A stretch of DNA of 64,000 nucleotides from Batkoa obscura (Eukaryota): the NCBI GenBank assembly GCA_030770535.1, contig JASVEC010000002.1, positions 1 through 64,000 on the forward strand, written 5' to 3'. The notes under the pieces were generated by a model. The model worked only from the letters and a program-made list of their open reading frames with translations, was not told where the DNA came from and ran no database searches. This document shows positions 34,543 to 47,593 of the stretch, piece after piece. A program made the translations under genes and the position numbers. How positions within the stretch are numbered: position 1 is the first letter of the stretch; each line of letters begins with the position of its first letter.

Positions 34543-36894
34543 TTATTTAATAATTATTATGAATAAAATGAAGAATAATAAAATTGAGTTATAACTAGTT
34601 TTAAGGAAACAAGAAATATTTTGAATATCCTTGATGATAAACAATTTTCCTACTCTTTTGTTATTATTATCTTTAGCATGAATAGAATTTAAAATCAAAT
34701 GTGTGGAATTATTCATTGTCATAAATTGTATGTTATAGCCATATCGATCCCTTTCCTCTCCTTTGGCTAAACATTTCAATTGATTTTTGATTTGATCATA
34801 ATGATAAATTTGCCCAGATTCCCATTGAGCTAATGGGTGATTAATTATAAGATGTTGGTTATGAGATATCATCTTCATTCCTAATAATGAACCTGGATCT
34901 TTAGTATCTAAAAAAGCAGGAGTATTATCATCTATTTCAATAATACTTTGATCATCGAGTAATGAATTTAACTCGTATTGATATATATGGCTTGTTAGCC
35001 AATCTAAATCCACTTTCTTTTTTACAGTTGCAGTAATAAATATGGAATTCTGATGGAGTTTAAAATGCTGCCCTATATTTTGTACTGCGCCTTTGGCACT
35101 TATTTTGATAAATCGATTGTCAATAAAACCCTGACTATTTAATTTAATAACTTCAATTGCTCCTTTATTATTATATCTTGACATACCTACTAACAAGTAA
35201 CTGTTTTGATTATAATTAATAAACTCAATATGGCTTCCGAAAGATACAAAGCTATTTAAATTATTTGGGAAAATACAATAATCTGGTTGTTCTGGTATAC
35301 CTTTATCTTTTGTAAGATAAACACAAACGTTTCCAATAAGCTCATATTGATCATTTGAATAGTTGGGTGAGCTTACTATCAAATCCAATTTATTATCATT
35401 ATTTATATCCTGAAGGTATACTTTTTCTGCAAAATTGGTATAACTACTTTGATTATAAAGTAACTTAGGAACAGTAAACGTTCGTCTTAGAGTATATGTA
35501 ATACCATCAAACAAGTGAAATCTACCTTGATATAAATTAAATTTATCAGCAGAATAATTAGGTTCGGTTATAATTAAATCTTTTATATTTGTTGAGTTAG
35601 TAGTAATAAACTGAATATCATTTCCAAATCTACCACTACTCATAAAGTTCAATGAAGGTGATTGTATTTCATTTAATAAGTTGAAATCTAAATCATAGAT
35701 ATAAACTGAGCCAAACTTGTTATAGGTGTGATACTTGTTAGGCACACTTACAGCTATTAATTTAGCTTGCTCATCTACGGCTATGGAATAACCAAACATA
35801 GCATCAGGTTCTTTACCATAAACTGAATTTGTGTCTAGCTTTTGATTACAATTCAAATCAATATCAGTTCTATTAAGTGATATTGATGTGGGCGGTGTTC
35901 TGTCTTTGATGTTCGTAATTTCATCCAAAATTTGTTGAGGAGAAATGGAGCTTTGAGAAGATAAGGTATTTATAAAATCATCCTGATTTGGTACTGGATT
36001 GGTTAAATCGATTGATTGATATTTCGGAAATTGAACATTACAAAAGCCTTTTTTTGTTGGTTCTTTATCATTTGCTTGTTCAATCCATTCTATTAAATCT
36101 TTCCAGCAATACGTAACATTATCAATCAGTGAATTCAACCCTCCTTTAAAGTATGTTTCATATTGATCAACTAAAAATGGGGATTGATTTGTTTCTAATC
36201 TACCTAAAATCCTTTTGCCTTGTAGCTTGATAGCTTGAGTAGCCGAATACCCAAAATTCATACATGTTTTTAATTGTGATAAACTCAAATTATTATAATT
36301 CATTGATTTATAGATATTGATTAAATCCTCATATGGAACATCCCAAACTAAAGAAAGATGATCCAAATTTTGCATCCTTGCTAATACAAACTCTGCTCCA
36401 ATATCTGCAATCGTATGAGCTTTACCATAATTATTATTCCAATCACTCTTTGATAATGTATCAATAAATCCCAAATTACGTTGGTCTAACGAATGCCATG
36501 CTATATCTGCAGTACCATGTGAAACCATACCGAATAGAAAAGTTAATAAATTATAAAATTTATTTGTCTTATCATCTTCTGTTGCTTTATACCCATTAAC
36601 CAAAAAGTTGTTGAGTTGTTGAGTGTATTGTTGTTTGATATAATTTAAAGTAACTAAGTAAAAAGTTGGCCAATGTGCTTCTTCACTTTCGTTTGATAAG
36701 CTTAAACAATTGTAGCCAAAGTCAGGGAAATAAGAGCCACTTTCTAAACTGTTGCGGTGGAAGGATAAGAGCTTAAAGTAGCTTTCATTATCGTTTAAAC
36801 GTACAATATTTCGTAAGCTTACTTCGATATGTGTTATCATACCATTACTACATACATTGTAAATATACAACAATATGATAAATAGATACCTCAT
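34543..36894 (-). CDS. GPI-specific phospholipase D-like protein (Zn-dependent PLC domain plus FG-GAP/integrin-alpha repeats)
   Basis: Signal peptide then NGMITHIE, GSYFPDFGY, SEEAHW and SHGTADIAWH. The C-terminal half has FGYSIA, RFG and DINNDNKLDLIVSSP repeats. Confidence 0.9.
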   Translation of the reverse strand: MRYLFIILLYIYNVCSNGMITHIEVSLRNIVRLNDNESYFKLLSFHRNSLESGSYFPDFGYNCLSLSNESEEAHWPTFYLVTLNYIKQQYTQQLNNFLVNGYKATEDDKTNKFYNLLTFLFGMVSHGTADIAWHSLDQRNLGFIDTLSKSDWNNNYGKAHTIADIGAEFVLARMQNLDHLSLVWDVPYEDLINIYKSMNYNNLSLSQLKTCMNFGYSATQAIKLQGKRILGRLETNQSPFLVDQYETYFKGGLNSLIDNVTYCWKDLIEWIEQANDKEPTKKGFCNVQFPKYQSIDLTNPVPNQDDFINTLSSQSSISPQQILDEITNIKDRTPPTSISLNRTDIDLNCNQKLDTNSVYGKEPDAMFGYSIAVDEQAKLIAVSVPNKYHTYNKFGSVYIYDLDFNLLNEIQSPSLNFMSSGRFGNDIQFITTNSTNIKDLIITEPNYSADKFNLYQGRFHLFDGITYTLRRTFTVPKLLYNQSSYTNFAEKVYLQDINNDNKLDLIVSSPNYSNDQYELIGNVCVYLTKDKGIPEQPDYCIFPNNLNSFVSFGSHIEFINYNQNSYLLVGMSRYNNKGAIEVIKLNSQGFIDNRFIKISAKGAVQNIGQHFKLHQNSIFITATVKKKVDLDWLTSHIYQYELNSLLDDQSIIEIDDNTPAFLDTKDPGSLLGMKMISHNQHLIINHPLAQWESGQIYHYDQIKNQLKCLAKGEERDRYGYNIQFMTMNNSTHLILNSIHAKDNNNKRVGKLFIIKDIQNISCFLKTSYNSILLFFILFIIIIK

Positions 36895-37462
36895 TATATT
36901 AATAAATAAACAAAAAAGTTAGTAAAAAGATGAGCTAAAAATGGTTTATAATAGTAATCATCATAGTCATGCTTTTTTTTTCTTGTTTTTAATTTACTTT
37001 GTTTGTCATTTATCATCTGTTCTTTACTTTATCCTTTATAATAAAATTGGGTAAAGGCATTATGTGGTTAAATGATTTTGTTTTATTGGTTTAATTGATT
37101 TTTAAGGAACAAGGTGTGGAAAAATTAATCATTATAAAATGTAAAACCTTTATTTTTTATATATAATATTGTTTATAATGATGACTAAGCTACTGTTGTA
37201 AATGTATTAAAATATTTACTGATTAAGAAAGCAATAATTGCTTTTATGATTGCGCAGGTTTTGTACTTCCATTGTTTAAATAATAACATGAACCTTTTAT
37301 ATAATATTTATCTAATATCCTAATAAATCGAATTAATAATTTTTAATATATTAATATAATGTTATATGATCTTTTTTAATTTTTTTTAAATATTCAAAAT
37401 ATAGAATTCCATAAAATGTTTATACTATAAATAACTTTTTATTAAAAAATGAGAAAAGATAA

Positions 37463-39034
37463 CTATTGATCTTGTTTATGGAATAAGAACCAAAATATTA
37501 TAGTAAGTACACCAAGTAAGGAAGTTTGAATACCGAATAAAATTACAAAGTTAGGGTCCACAGACCAGATGGCTAAAATTAAACCGATAAGGGCACCACC
37601 ACAGTTAGTAAAAAGATAAAGTGCCATAACAACGGATTTGAGTTCAGGAGCAGCATATTTAAAAGCATACTCAAGTCCAGTAGCTGATGCAAAAATCTCT
37701 GAAATAGCAACCAAAGCATAAGCTGGAATTTGCCACCAAATACTTATATCATTCATTGGATGTTCAACACCGCTTGGGACATTAGTAAAGTCGTAGTAAG
37801 GACCAGTTTGATAAACGATATGTTGTAATACAGTAGCATAAACAAACCCAAGAGTACAAAGAATGAATCCAATAGTAATACGTGTGATGGGACCTAATTT
37901 GAAACCGCATCTTCTTAATAATGGGAAGACAAAGCCATCGAATAATGGAATACAAGCAACAATTACAATAGGAGCTACCAAGTTAAGTTGTTCAGCACCT
38001 AACCATTCTGGATGAGCCATACTAACACCCATATTGATAAAGTTATCAAACATATTGTAATAAAGTGCCCAATAAACAACATAGAAGGAGAATACTTTAC
38101 AAGCATTTAAAGTCCCCTTTAATCCATCAACAAATTTATCATCCCATTCAATGTTGTTTTCCCTGCTTACTATAGCAATGTCCAAGTCGGTTTCATTTCC
38201 AAAAGATGATTCAACCTTAGCATTATCTAACCAATGTTCAGCATTTGGATTTGATCCTTTATGAGCAAGAGCATAACGAATACATCTAATAGCTTTAAAT
38301 AACGGGTTACCATTGATCTCTTTTTCATTGAATTTACTCCTTCCAAGAATGAAAATAGCAATTCCAACTACAAAGATAATTCCGGGAATACCATAAGCTA
38401 AAGGATATGAGTTACCCTGTCTAGCTAAGATAGGACATACCAATTGGCCAGTGAAGGAACCAATATTGATAGCCCAATAGAAGTAACGAAACACACGTTC
38501 AACGGTTAAATCATAATCATAATAAGTATTATCATTATTTCCAGATGGAATTAAACCATGAGGAACTTGTTCAGCAGCAAATGCTGATACGTTAGCTTTG
38601 ATACCACCAGTACCCCAAGAGATGAAAAGATAAAGAGCAATACAGAAACCTGGTAAAGCAAAACCAGAATCTAAAGAGGCAGGAATTGCGGATAAAGATA
38701 AGACAATGAGACCAGCTAAATACCAAACAGCAAAACATAAGATGGTTTTAAATTTGCCTAAGTAAGAATCCGCTATACTGGCACCAATGATTGTAGTGAA
38801 GTAACAGAGGAAACTGAAGGCTCTGTTCACAGCAGTAGCATTGGATTTACCAAGTTGTAATACATCGAGCACATAAGGCACGAATAATAAAGAAGCACCA
38901 TAGAATGAAAAACGTTCACATAGTTCCATCACAATGATAAACCATGCAGATTTTGGTACAGGCCCTGGTACCTTTTTAATCTCAGTGGTGTCTTCATAAA
39001 AGCTTTGTTGATGTTTTGTTTTTGGAGAACTCAT
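37463..39034 (-). CDS. PTR2: POT/PTR family peptide transporter
   Basis: ELCERFSFYG (ExxERFxYY), GASIADSYLGKF, GTGGIKANV, FYWAINIGS and SEIFASATGLEYA. Confidence 0.95.
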   Translation of the reverse strand: MSSPKTKHQQSFYEDTTEIKKVPGPVPKSAWFIIVMELCERFSFYGASLLFVPYVLDVLQLGKSNATAVNRAFSFLCYFTTIIGASIADSYLGKFKTILCFAVWYLAGLIVLSLSAIPASLDSGFALPGFCIALYLFISWGTGGIKANVSAFAAEQVPHGLIPSGNNDNTYYDYDLTVERVFRYFYWAINIGSFTGQLVCPILARQGNSYPLAYGIPGIIFVVGIAIFILGRSKFNEKEINGNPLFKAIRCIRYALAHKGSNPNAEHWLDNAKVESSFGNETDLDIAIVSRENNIEWDDKFVDGLKGTLNACKVFSFYVVYWALYYNMFDNFINMGVSMAHPEWLGAEQLNLVAPIVIVACIPLFDGFVFPLLRRCGFKLGPITRITIGFILCTLGFVYATVLQHIVYQTGPYYDFTNVPSGVEHPMNDISIWWQIPAYALVAISEIFASATGLEYAFKYAAPELKSVVMALYLFTNCGGALIGLILAIWSVDPNFVILFGIQTSLLGVLTIIFWFLFHKQDQ

Positions 39035-41428
39035 AATTGTTATAAAGTTATTTTATGTCTTCGGTTAGTATTGAGTTGGCGAAGTAAATGTTTATATTTA
39101 TTTATTTATATTTGGATATAAACAAATACTTTTTTTTGTTTTTTTATCTTGAAATCTAAAGTGATTTTACTTCATATTTATACTTTCTTTAATCTCTCAA
39201 TGGTCAATGAGCTAATGATAAATAATTTTTTAAATAGTAGATAATATCACCTATTGACATATTTGTATCAATTTAAATTACCACTTTTGAAAAGTTTAAA
39301 ACTTAAATCATAAAATTAAATTTTAGGTCATCTGATCAATGAGATCATTTTAGCACATTAACGTTTAGTTTTATTAAAATGAGGCCCAATTTAATCAATT
39401 ATTACTCATAATTGTTCCTGTATTGAAGAATAATCTTATGTCAATAAGGGTTCAATTTATCTTAGTGAATTAAAAATAAACCAGCTGACTGATGAACCCT
39501 TATTTCTGGCTAAACTATAATTTATTTGAATTAGAAGTATTCTAAACTTATTATGCTCTGCTAATTGACACTTTAAAAGTATATAGTCATAATATATTAA
39601 TAAATACTATTTTGATAAAAATATTGTGGTTGTACATGACAATATATTAGAATATCATAGCATAATAGAAAATATTAAAAAAATAAAGAATTAAACCACT
39701 TTCTATTAAATTAACGATAATTTAAAAGCAGTGGGAAATCAGTACAACCAAATTCCGAACTGTATTTTCATAGTTTTTTCCTAATAAAGTAATTTTCTTT
39801 AAAACTCCAAAATTGGATCGAATTTTGAATTTCGATAAATTTTTCATTTTATTTTTTAAATGAGAACAATATTTATTTAATTATGATGTTTGAGCCTATT
39901 TATAGTAAAATAACCCGACACCAATATAAAAATGAATGTAAAATTATTATAAGTTGTTAATTTAAGTTGCAATATATATATAAATAAACGAAATTATATA
40001 TATATTGAAGTTATATTAAAATGTCATTATTTCAACTTTCCCTACTTGTTTTCTTAATTACTTTTGCATTTATAAACTTAGTAATATAATCACTAATTAC
40101 TGATTATTATTAGTTTATAACTTTCATTTATTATTTGAAGTGAAAGTATAGTTTACGGGATAAAGTAATTTTCCAAAATGTCTATACAAACTTTCTATTT
40201 AGTATTACGTAAGGATTATAAGTATAATATGTATAATATATATATTATATAGATTTTTTAACAGTTCTCTAGCCTTTATCTACGTGATCTAACAAAATTT
40301 GCTATGTAATAAAGTAATGTCTGCTAAATCTATTAATAGAATATTTGAAATATTTTTTAAATAATTTAGGTTTAAAAAGAAACCTAAAAGCTTGAAAGAA
40401 TTACAAAAAATTAACTTAGAATCTTTTTTTTTTACCTGTATATAAAAACTGTCTCTATGATTTGACTCAAAATTCATTACCACTTCTCTCCTTAACCTCA
40501 CTGTCATCACAAGTCAGTGGGAAGCTCTCTAAAGGCTAGAATCGCATTAAACTAAATTATTCATCTCTAATTTTTAAAACAGAATAAAATCATGAACACG
40601 ACATTATATCTTTTAGAAACTATTCACCGATAGTTCCGTGTCCCTCAAGTTAACTACTTGGATATTGTAAATTTTTATTGTTGTAAATATATTACTTGGG
40701 GCCTTCGCCTTTTAAGAGAATAAAAAAAGCAGCTTATAAATAGATGCTTATACAATTGTTTTAAAAAAGATTTTTAATTTTTTAAAACTAACTACTAGTA
40801 TTCTTACATAAAATATCTATTTTTTTTAAAACTGGTTTTACTATATAATTTTATCTTCTTTTTCATATATCAAATTATTATTCTATCTAAAGTTTAACTC
40901 ACCAATCCCCTATTTCCGAAGCTGTATTATTGACTTAATACTGCTTAGATTAGGTTTTTCCTAGCAAAGATAACACGTAAAATAACTTTATCTTAAAATT
41001 TTTGATCCTTACCTTTTTATAGTAGAAAAACCTACTGCTTTTTGTGAAATCCTTCCTTCCTTTTTTTAATCTTACCTTCTCTACTTAACTCATGCTTTTA
41101 TACTAATAAATTGTTTTATTTAATAAAAAACCCAAAGTTGAATATTTCTAAATTCAAAAAAAATAAAAACAAGAATAAGAAAATAATAAAAATTATACTA
41201 CTTTAGTTTATTATAATTAATAAATTTTAAAACAAGTTCTATATAGCCTAATAATTAATTTATTTTTTTATACTAAATATATATTTAAACAATTATTATT
41301 TAAATAACTTAACTTGACTTAACCTTATAAAAAATTCAAAACTATAAAACATCTCTTACATTGTTATTTAAATATTTTTTATTGATATTTTCTTTTTTAC
41401 ATTTAAAATTATTATTCAAATTTATTGT

Positions 41429-41527
41429 ATGGGGATATATTTTTTTAAGAATTTTACTAGCAATCTTTCCACTCAACTAGCCCTTAAAAAAATGGAAAGT
41501 GATAAAATCAAAAAAAACATCCTCATA
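41429..41527 (+). mobile_element. MITE-like element, family 1 (orientation A)
   Basis: ATGGGGATATA...AAGAATTTTACTAGCAATCTTTCCACTC...AAAACATCCTCAT. Confidence 0.8.
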
Positions 41528-41748
41528 TATTTAATAGTTATTATAATTTAAAAATAAAACAATAAATTTTTATTATCAAACTATAGTAATTAAATATTTG
41601 AACAAATTTTACAGTAGTCTAAATATAGCTTTAAATGTTTTTTAATGTAATAAACAATAAAATTCAAAATCATGTTTCTTTATTCAAAAGCCCAGTTAAT
41701 AAAAAAAAATTTTTTTAAGCATTTTGATAATTGGACAAAATAAATCAA

Positions 41749-41848
41749 ATGAGAGTGTTATTTTGGCTTCATTACTTTTTCTATCTTTTAAACGCTATTG
41801 AATGGAAAGATTGTTAATAAAATTCTTAAATACAAAAATACATCCCCA
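41749..41848 (-). mobile_element. MITE-like element, family 1 (orientation B)
   Basis: ATGAGAGTG...GGCTTCATTACTTTTT...AAATTCTTAAATACAAAAATACATCCCCA. Confidence 0.8.
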
Positions 41849-42366
41849 AATTGTCTTTAAAACACTCAACTCAAATAGGAAATTTTATAAGAAGGATATG
41901 AGAATGAAGAATTCAACACCATTATTTTAACATGATGGGAGTAGTCTATTCATTATTAATAATAATCCATTTAAAGAGATAACTATTAACTATCTAAATT
42001 TCTAAATTAGCAGCTACTACTTTTCATAACTTTTTAATCCCCCTCAAATTAGCTACAAAATTCTTACTCTCTATTAACTTTCATTATCTTTTACTAAGTA
42101 CAAAATTTCTCTTATTTTTTTCAGTCAAAAAGAACTGATCTTTATACTAGCAGTCACAAAAATGATTTAAAAAAGTGATTCAAAAAATAACATTACAAAT
42201 CCCTTTGAGGGAGATTTAATGGCGTCATATTTGTTTCAAATCACCTTATTATAAAAAAGGATTAATTTATTAAGAGAAAGTTAAGTAATTAACAATCTCT
42301 TTTTGTTATTAAATTTCCAAAATCTCAATTGTAATAATAAAAATAAAGATAAAAATAATACAATAA

Positions 42367-43633
42367 ATGTCATTACTAACTACTATTTCTTGGTGTTTTG
42401 GTTGGGTAAGTTGAAAAGTAGGTCATTATCAATTTAGTTTAATCCTTTGAAATTTTACCAGATTTATTTCTCAGCTTGGTCCATCTCTTTTTATCCACAA
42501 GCTATTTTAAATTATAAACGTAAAAGGTAATTTGATTTAAAATCAACTCATTAACTCCTCCAATTAGTTAACTTCATTTCAATTATTTAAAATTTAGTGT
42601 TCAAGGTTTATCTTTTGATTTTTTATATTACAATGTTTTGGGGTTTTTTTGTTATACGGTAAGTCAATAATCTCATTATTATTATTTATTATTATCCATC
42701 ATTCTAATTTTTTAATCAAACATATAAGGTTTATAATTTCACTTTTATGTTTTCTGAAATAGTAAAAAAACAATATCAAGAACGATATGGTCCTAATGAG
42801 AACTTAGTAAAACTTAATGATCTATTTTTTTCAACTCATGCTTTAATATTATCTTCCCTCACTTTATATCAAACTTTTATTTATAAAGTAAGTTTTTTAT
42901 TATAATTGTTAATCAAATATACTAATATTTGTTTCTTTTTCATTTCTTATTTAAGCGTGATGAAGAACAAAAATTATCAATATTTGGTGCAAGAACATTA
43001 CAGATATTATTAAGTATAATGGGAATATCTTTTTTGATTTCTTTGTTTGGTGGTATTAAATGGTTAGACATGCTATATGTATTTTCATTTATTAAGTTGA
43101 TATTATCCCTAGTAAAATATATTCCTCAGGTAAGATAAAATGAAGTTTGCTTTTTTTATCGTTTTATTTTAATTTTTAATTTTTAGGCTTATTTAAACTA
43201 TAAAAGAAAATCGACTATTGGTTGGAGTATTCATAATATACTTTTAGTAAATTTTTAATAATAATAACAATTTAATTTTAAACTATTATATAGGATTTTA
43301 CTGGTGGTTTATTTTCAATAGCTCAATTGTTAATTGACTCTTCGTTACAAAATGATTGGTCTGGTATTTTAGGGGTAAACTTATTGAATTTATTGAATTT
43401 GTTATACTAATCTACTATATTATTATTATTATTATTACTGTTATATAGAATCCTATTAAATTGTGAGTTCTTATATATATATTATTTATACATATATTAA
43501 ATTATTATTACTGTTTAGCTTCTTAGGCAACTTATCCATTTTATTTGACCTATTATTTATGTATCAACATTATATATTGTATCCTCATACCGACGAAGAA
43601 GAACTTGAAGAAGGCTATCAAGCTCTAACTTAA
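42367..43633 (+). CDS. Cystinosin / ERS1-like PQ-loop lysosomal-vacuolar cystine transporter; about 9 exons
   Basis: GW|IYFSAWSISFYPQ, SVQGLSFDF, KYIPQ|AYLNYKRKSTIGWSI, DFTGG.FS, NPIK, QHY.LY, ending GYQALT*. Confidence 0.92.
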
Positions 43634-43741
43634 ATTTTATAAATTAAATAAATGAAAAATAAAAATTTAATATTATAAAAATAAAAAATATTGATATTAA
43701 AATGGATTATTTTTATATTTTTATATTTTTAAAAACAAATA

Positions 43742-45741
43742 TTATAAATCAATTAAATTCTCTGTATCATTCTCTTCATTTCTGCTCTTCCCTATATTCT
43801 CTTCACTATTTTCTCTAGATAACTCCCTTTGTGGTAATGGGGGTGGAGACATATCCATTTGTAAAATAGTTTCAATACAAGTAGTTAAGTCCCCATCTTT
43901 TGCTTCTAAAACAGCATTTAATACTTGTGGTTCATATGTTGGAAACATTTCAATTAACATAGCAATACCAGTATCAAACGGCAATGGTAAGGGTGAACTT
44001 ACTTTTGGTGAAGTGGTACTAGGCATGATCCCTAATAATTTTTCATCTATAGTAGCTGTAGAATTACGTCGCATCATAGTGGAACTGGGTATCATTGGTT
44101 GATTATTATTATTATTATTATTATTATTGTAAATATTATTTTCCTCTTCATTGGAATCTTCTTCACTTGAACTACCAAATAATTGCAATAAAAATGATTT
44201 TTTCTTTTTTAAATCTTTTTTATTAATTGTGTTATTATTATTATTATTATTTAATAAATCTTCATTATCACTACCTGTATTTATTATTGGATTAGTAACG
44301 TCATTAATAAATTTATTCATTAAATCTAATGGCCTTCTTATACGTTGTGTTAACGGAGATTCTCTTCCAGATGAATTATTATTATTGTTTTGTTCTTTTA
44401 TTGTTGTGTGATTAGATAATATTGGTGTTGGACTAATTGGATGATCTTGACTTAATGGAGTTATTGGTAAAGAAGTAGTTGTATCCATATCTAATTCTTT
44501 TAATGTATCTTCTAAATTTCTATTTAAATAAAAAATAAAACATTAATTATATTATTATATTATAAATAAATTACTTATCAAATTCTTCTTTTGTAATAGA
44601 TAAAGAAGTAGGTTCAATATTTTCAATAAAAGAACAGGCAGAATAAAATTGAGTAAGATAATAACCTGGTTCGGATAATAATTTAGATGGATGTCTAAAT
44701 CTTTGAATATATTGTAAATTAGAAAATAATTGTTTAGGAGCTGCTTTAAGTATCGTTAATATTAACAAAGGTAAAAACGAATCGGCTCCTCCACTTGAAC
44801 CTTTATCTTCTTTTTCCATTTTTTTTAATAATGCAAATAAATATTTACAACAATTTAATAAACAGATCATCTTATGTCGAGGGGTTTTAAACTTGTTCAC
44901 TTTTTGTAATTCTTGGCTTGCAAATAATAAATAATATTGATTATGATCTGTAACTATTATATCTAAATGACTTTCTTTAATCCACTTAAAAAATTTATAT
45001 CGTTGCTCTAAAATATGATCCCGTTCATTGTCTTCAGAGCCAATTGGACAAAAACAATGAATATGTAATCGATTCATTAAATATTGTTCAATACCTTCTT
45101 GTAAATATTCTATTAATTCTTCTCTACTATTGAACATAGATTCTTCTTCTAATTCTTCTCCTTTTTTAACTAATTCAAACCAAATTTGATTGTTAACCAT
45201 TTTAACTAGTATAAAATCCATAAACTCATGTATATTTTTAGTTAATTGTTTGAATGTATATGTTTTTCGGTCCAATTCTCTAACAAAATTTTCTAAATAA
45301 CGTAAGATATCTTTTGCTTCAGGGGACCTTATTTGATCTAAAAATTTAGGATAATCAAACTCTGCTTTACTACCACCAGAGCTATTTTGTCTTATTATCA
45401 TACTTGGACTAGGTTTAACTATTGGACTAAAAGCTATTAAATATCAATATTTAATATTACAATCTATTTTTTATTATTGATTTTTTTTTACCTTTTTCTT
45501 TTTCTTTTTCTTTTTCTTTTTCTTTTTCTTCATTATTGTCATTATCACCATCATTATTATTATTATGATTAATATTATTATTTTCATTACCATTACCTTT
45601 GTTTATCTCTTTACTATTCTCTTCTTCTAAATTTAAATTCAATTTGGACATATCTAACAGAAGTTGAGCATTAGGTGGGGATATTTGGTTTGGACTTTCA
45701 GGTAATTTAGTTTGAATCGCTAATTTAAATTCATCTTCCAT
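43742..45741 (-). CDS. VPS9: VPS9-domain Rab5 GEF with C-terminal CUE domain; 3 exons
   Basis: FDYPKFLDQIR, PRHKMICLLNCC, GADSFLPLLI, SNLQYIQRFR and YYLTQF. CUE motif LIEMFP...VLNAVL. Confidence 0.92.
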
Positions 45742-45866
45742 AATTCTATTTGATTTGTTTTATATATTATATATTGTGTTATCGATTAAAGTCTTCTATA
45801 TATTTTATTTAAGCCACTTATTTTTCTATTTCTTTATTGAATAGAACATGGGTTATTGTTTTATTT

Positions 45867-45935
45867 AGCCAATTAAATTGAGGGGATGTGAATTACTTGG
45901 CAGTGAGCTTTGTTCATGGTGATAAGCCAATTAAA
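45867..45935. promoter_or_regulatory. Paired AGCCAATTAAA (CCAAT) boxes in the divergent VPS9 / glyoxylate reductase promoter
   Basis: The same 11-mer AGCCAATTAAA occurs twice (CCAAT at 45869 and 45927) in a 272-bp divergent intergenic region. Confidence 0.55.
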
Positions 45936-46013
45936 GAGGAAATTGATGAGTGATGTGTTCTAATGACATAAATATAAATTTATAAAAGTTGATATTAAAT
46001 TTAAATATCTAAA

Positions 46014-47370
46014 ATGAAGAAATATAAGTTATTGATAACAAGAGAATTAACATCAAAGATAAATGAAAGGATATTGGCTCTAAAGGATATGTAAATTTTC
46101 TATTTAATAAATATTTACTATTATTAATATTTTATTAATGTACTTTAGTTATGACTTAACTTGGCATAATAGTTCAGCACCATTAGATCCTAAAGAGTTT
46201 ATTAAATTAAGTGAAGGTAATTTTACAACTTATCTAATTTTAATTAAATTAAACTAATTGTGAATAATAATTAAGGTCAACATGGGATATTATGTACATT
46301 ATCGGATTCTATTAATAATGAATTATTAACTAGTTGTGGACCACAATTAAAAGTAAAATATTTTATTAATATCGATTTTCTTTTATTGATTTATAAAAAA
46401 ACTAACTAATTTTAAGGTCATTTCAACTATGAGTGTAGGTTATGAGCACTTTGATTTAAATGCAATAAAACAATTTGAATTAAAAAACAATATAAAAATA
46501 AAGCTAGGTTTTACCCCAGATGTATTAACAGATGCAGTGGCTGAAATTAATATTGGTTTAGCTTTAACTGTTATGAGAAGATTATTTGAAGTAATAATTT
46601 AATTTAATATTTTAATTCATTTTAATAATAATATCAGGCTCAATCAGCTGCTATTAATGGAAATGTAAGTTATTATTATATTACATTATATTATGTTATT
46701 ATATTATGTTATTATACTAATGATTTTATGTGAAGTGGAAGCAATGGTCTCCGAATTGGTTATTAGGTAATTAATTGTATTTAAATATAAATGTAATAAT
46801 ATTAAATCTTAATTTATTTTAGGTCATCAATTAAGTAATAAGACAATTGGTTTATTAGGATTTGGTAGAATTGGAAAAGCAACTTATGAACGCTTATTAC
46901 CATTTAAACCAAAACAATTACTTTATTATAAAAGAACATTATTGCAACAGTCGTATGAAAATTTAATTTATTCTAATACTATGGAGTCTTTATTATCAGA
47001 AAGTGATATAATATTCATTAATATCGATTTGAATCCCGATACTATTCATTTAATTGATTATTCGAAATTATCTTTAATGAAAAAAGAAGCTATATTAATT
47101 AATAGTTCTAGAGGTCAAATTATTAATCAAGATGATTTAGTTAAAGTATTGAGAGAAAATAAATTAGGCGGTGTTGGATTAGATGTTACTACGCCTGAAC
47201 CATTGTCAAAAAACCATCCTTTATTTATTGAATTCAAAAATAAAGTGACAATCTTTCCTCATATTGGTTCAGCTACAGTTGAAACTAGAAATATGATGGG
47301 AGATTTAGCCTTAGATAATTTATTAACTGGAATAAATGATCAAGAGTTAAAGACAGAGATTAAATATTAA
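46014..47370 (+). CDS. Glyoxylate/hydroxypyruvate reductase (D-2-hydroxyacid dehydrogenase); about 7 exons
   Basis: LKVISTMSVGYEH, TPDVLTDAVAE, GLLGFGRIG, INSSRG, GLDVTTPEPL and PHIGSAT. Confidence 0.92.
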
Positions 47371-47593
47371 ATAAAATATACAATTTATACTGATTTTTAT
47401 TCTTTAACATTATTAATTAACTTCAAAAAATTGTGATTTTAGTTTAAAATTTTAAACTCACTAAAACCAATAATATTCTTCTAATCTTTAATATTTAACC
47501 AATCATAATGAATTTTAATTACCTATTAATAACAAATTATTTAGAGTGACTGCTTAAAATTGTTTAGTCTATTTTTTAATAAGTAAAATTGAT

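Noticed and set aside
44100..44250. (AAT)n / poly-Asn tracts in VPS9, STE20 and the 47594 gene; (GAA)n in UTP11
   Set aside because: These are ordinary coding microsatellites of AT-rich genomes.
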